This document shows, piece after piece, positions 61,952-64,000 of a stretch of DNA of 64,000 nt. The notes below the pieces were generated by a model, which was not told the origin of the DNA, made no database searches, and saw only the letters and a program-made list of their open reading frames with translations. The stretch is from Podarcis muralis (lineage: Eukaryota). The translations under genes and the position numbers were made by a program. Within the stretch, counting starts at the first letter, position 1; each line of letters starts with the position of its first letter. The stretch is from the NCBI RefSeq assembly GCF_964188315.1, contig NC_135659.1, positions 101,742,001 to 101,806,000 of the forward strand. The letters are read 5' to 3'.

Positions 61952-63912
61952 CCTTCACCCCCTTCACGACAATATACAGCATTTCCCTCCCTGACTGGCA
62001 ACAAAGGCCTTGGCCCCCAATGCTACGCTCCTGTAAATCAGAAAGGAGGCTAAATCTTCCAGTTTGTATGGTTGCTTATTCCTTTTTTTCTAAAGACTCT
62101 TTAGGCACCTATTTTCCTGCTTGTAGGTCTCCCTGCTGTTTGTAGTTCCAGGTGCCAGAGAGGCAACTGAATGTGTTGCTGGGCCCCTGACTTCCAGGGA
62201 TGCTCCTGCTCAGAAATGGCTCCAGGGCCACGTGCAGATTCACTCACACATGGAGCAGGGGGAGGATCCTGCCCCAATCATCCTTTGGCCGGCACTTCCT
62301 CCAGGAGATCAAGCCCTGGGAGTGGAAGCCTCCCCGCAAGGGGGTAGCAGCCAAACCTAACAATGCCTGAGAAGGAGCTAAGACCACCGAGATGTATTGC
62401 TGACCGGCAGAGACGCAGACCATAGAAATACAATGGGTAGAGAGGGCTCTGTGTGATGCCATTTCCCCTCCTCTCTAGGAGAGGGAGGAGCATAGAGTAC
62501 TTCCTCTTCCTCCCTCTTCCTTTGACCACAAAGAGGGCAGATGTCGCCTGTGCCAGGCAGATGCCAGCTGGTTATACTGTAAATGTAAGTATTTTGCTTG
62601 CATAGCTTCTATTACTGCTGTTGCTGTGATCCAGTGCATGGCTATAAAGTAAGTAAGTCTTATTTTACTTCCTTCCCAAGTTGCTGCCTGAACAAAGTTT
62701 TACAGTTTGTGATTTTAAATTTTGCTGCCAAGGATGGGATTTTGAAACCCCACGCATGTGGGCGCCTGGAGGGATGACTTGCAAGCAGCCTTCCTGCCCC
62801 CCTGCCCCCTTACTCACTGTATCTGGGGCTGGCCCTTCACCAGCCCACTGCCTTCCATGGTCAAGACGCAGTTGCCCACGGGCTCCGAAAGGGGGTTGGC
62901 AAACACCACCTGGATCGGGAAGGGCTGGTTCACCACCACGGAGGCCAACACCTGTGCCAGGGACCAAGCGGTTAGGAGCAGAAGGGAGGGGGGCTCTTTG
63001 GGACAGGGGCCCACCCCCCAGCCCTCTCTTTGCCTGGCCTGAAACTTGGGCGGTGGGGGGGGGCAAGCTTGTTCCCCACTTTGAAGAAGGCTGGGATGTT
63101 TCTTGCTGAGCCTGCATGGCTTTAGCCCACCCAAACCACATCGGAGGGAGGCAGGTGGGTCGCAAGGTGTGTGCCGGGGGGGGGGGGGGGGGAGCCGCTC
63201 CTTTGCCCCCAGGAACAGAGCCTTTGGAAACCCTGCACTCGACCCCACAGTAGCGAGCAGCCCCCTATCCCCCCCCCGCCCCCCGCCAACCCAGAGGCGA
63301 TGTGCCTACGTGGATGTCCAGGCTGGGGCTGGCCATGGTGATGGTTTTCTCTGCCAGGGTCTTCAGCCAGGTGGTGTTCTCCTCGCCCAGCACGATGACG
63401 CGAAGCTGCTTATCCTCTCCCAGCTGCTGCCCGTACTGCTGGTAGGAGATGGTCCAGGGAAGCTCCTTCTCTGCAAAGAGGCCCGTGTCAGAGGCGGGCG
63501 GCTCTCCTTCACCCGGAGACAGCGCCTCGGGAGGCCTGCCCGCTCCCCCTCCCGCTCGCCTTACCTTCCCTGGGGCGGAGGGAGAGGTACAGGGTCTCCT
63601 GCCAGAAGGGCGGCCGCGGGTGGCCATCGTGCAGCACGGCCTGGGCGCTGAGGCTCAGCTTGAGCTCCTTGTGGACAAACTCCAGGTTGCAGGCCGCCAG
63701 CACCAGCTGGATGTCCTGGCCCACCTCAGGACTCTCCACAAGCTGGAGCTTCAGAGAGGTCTGGGCCATGGCCGGCGGCGGCTCCCGGGTCCTGTCCTCC
63801 ACAGAGGCAGAGAACGCAACCGGAAGGACTCCCGACCTGTATCGCACTGGGGGGCTGAGCGGCTGCCTCTGGCCGAGGGCCTTCAGGAACACACGGCGCT
63901 CTGCCAGGGAGC
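61333..63912 (-). CDS. TGM5: Transglutaminase 5-like, last four exons only (gene continues beyond window)
   Basis: Exons 63565-63912, 63310-63470, 62818-62951, 61333-61507 with consistent phases. [47 protein letters not shown] resemble TGM5 beta-barrels more than TGM7. Catalytic core lies outside the window, so paralogue assignment is tentative. Confidence 0.7.
61910..61948. repeat. (CT)n dinucleotide repeat
   Basis: Read directly from the sequence. Confidence 0.95.
62410..62785. mobile_element. LTR/DIRS-like terminal-repeat fragment, copy 2
   Basis: Colinear similarity to 54447-54880. Confidence 0.5.
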
Positions 63913-64000
63913 CTGTGGGGAGCAAGGAAGGACAAGGCAAGGCCAGTGAGTGCACGAGGTGAGGCACCCCCCCCCCCCCCGGGTCCGGAGCTTGGCTAAG

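Overview
GC-rich, gene-dense vertebrate genomic DNA, most likely a squamate (lacertid-like) lizard judging by Sauria-type SINEs, CR1/L2 tails and Tigger-like MITEs. I reconstructed six complete spliced genes by hand, all with GT-AG introns and consistent phases: ELMO2 (-, 720 aa), SNRPB (+, SmB-prime, 240 aa, hosting SNORD119 and a probable poison exon), DDX27 (-, 764 aa), ZNFX1 (+, 1902 aa), CCNDBP1 (+, 339 aa) and EPB42/protein 4.2 (-, 707 aa). The last four exons of a TGM5-like transglutaminase (-) also lie in the window. Main points of interest: (1) the EPB42 orthologue keeps a full Cys-His-Asp transglutaminase triad that mammalian protein 4.2 lacks, while its Ca2+-site residues look eroded; (2) ZNFX1 and DDX27 are head-to-head with 291 bp between start codons, a gap containing tandem IRF/ISRE motifs; (3) a 121-bp-arm palindromic Penelope-like insertion in EPB42 intron 10 carries a minimal hammerhead ribozyme on the pre-mRNA strand; (4) a solo LTR fills SNRPB intron 1; (5) genes from human 20p13, 20q13 and 15q15 are linked here. 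Orthology rests on recalled protein similarity, not database searches. No CRISPR arrays, rRNA or true tRNA genes were seen.
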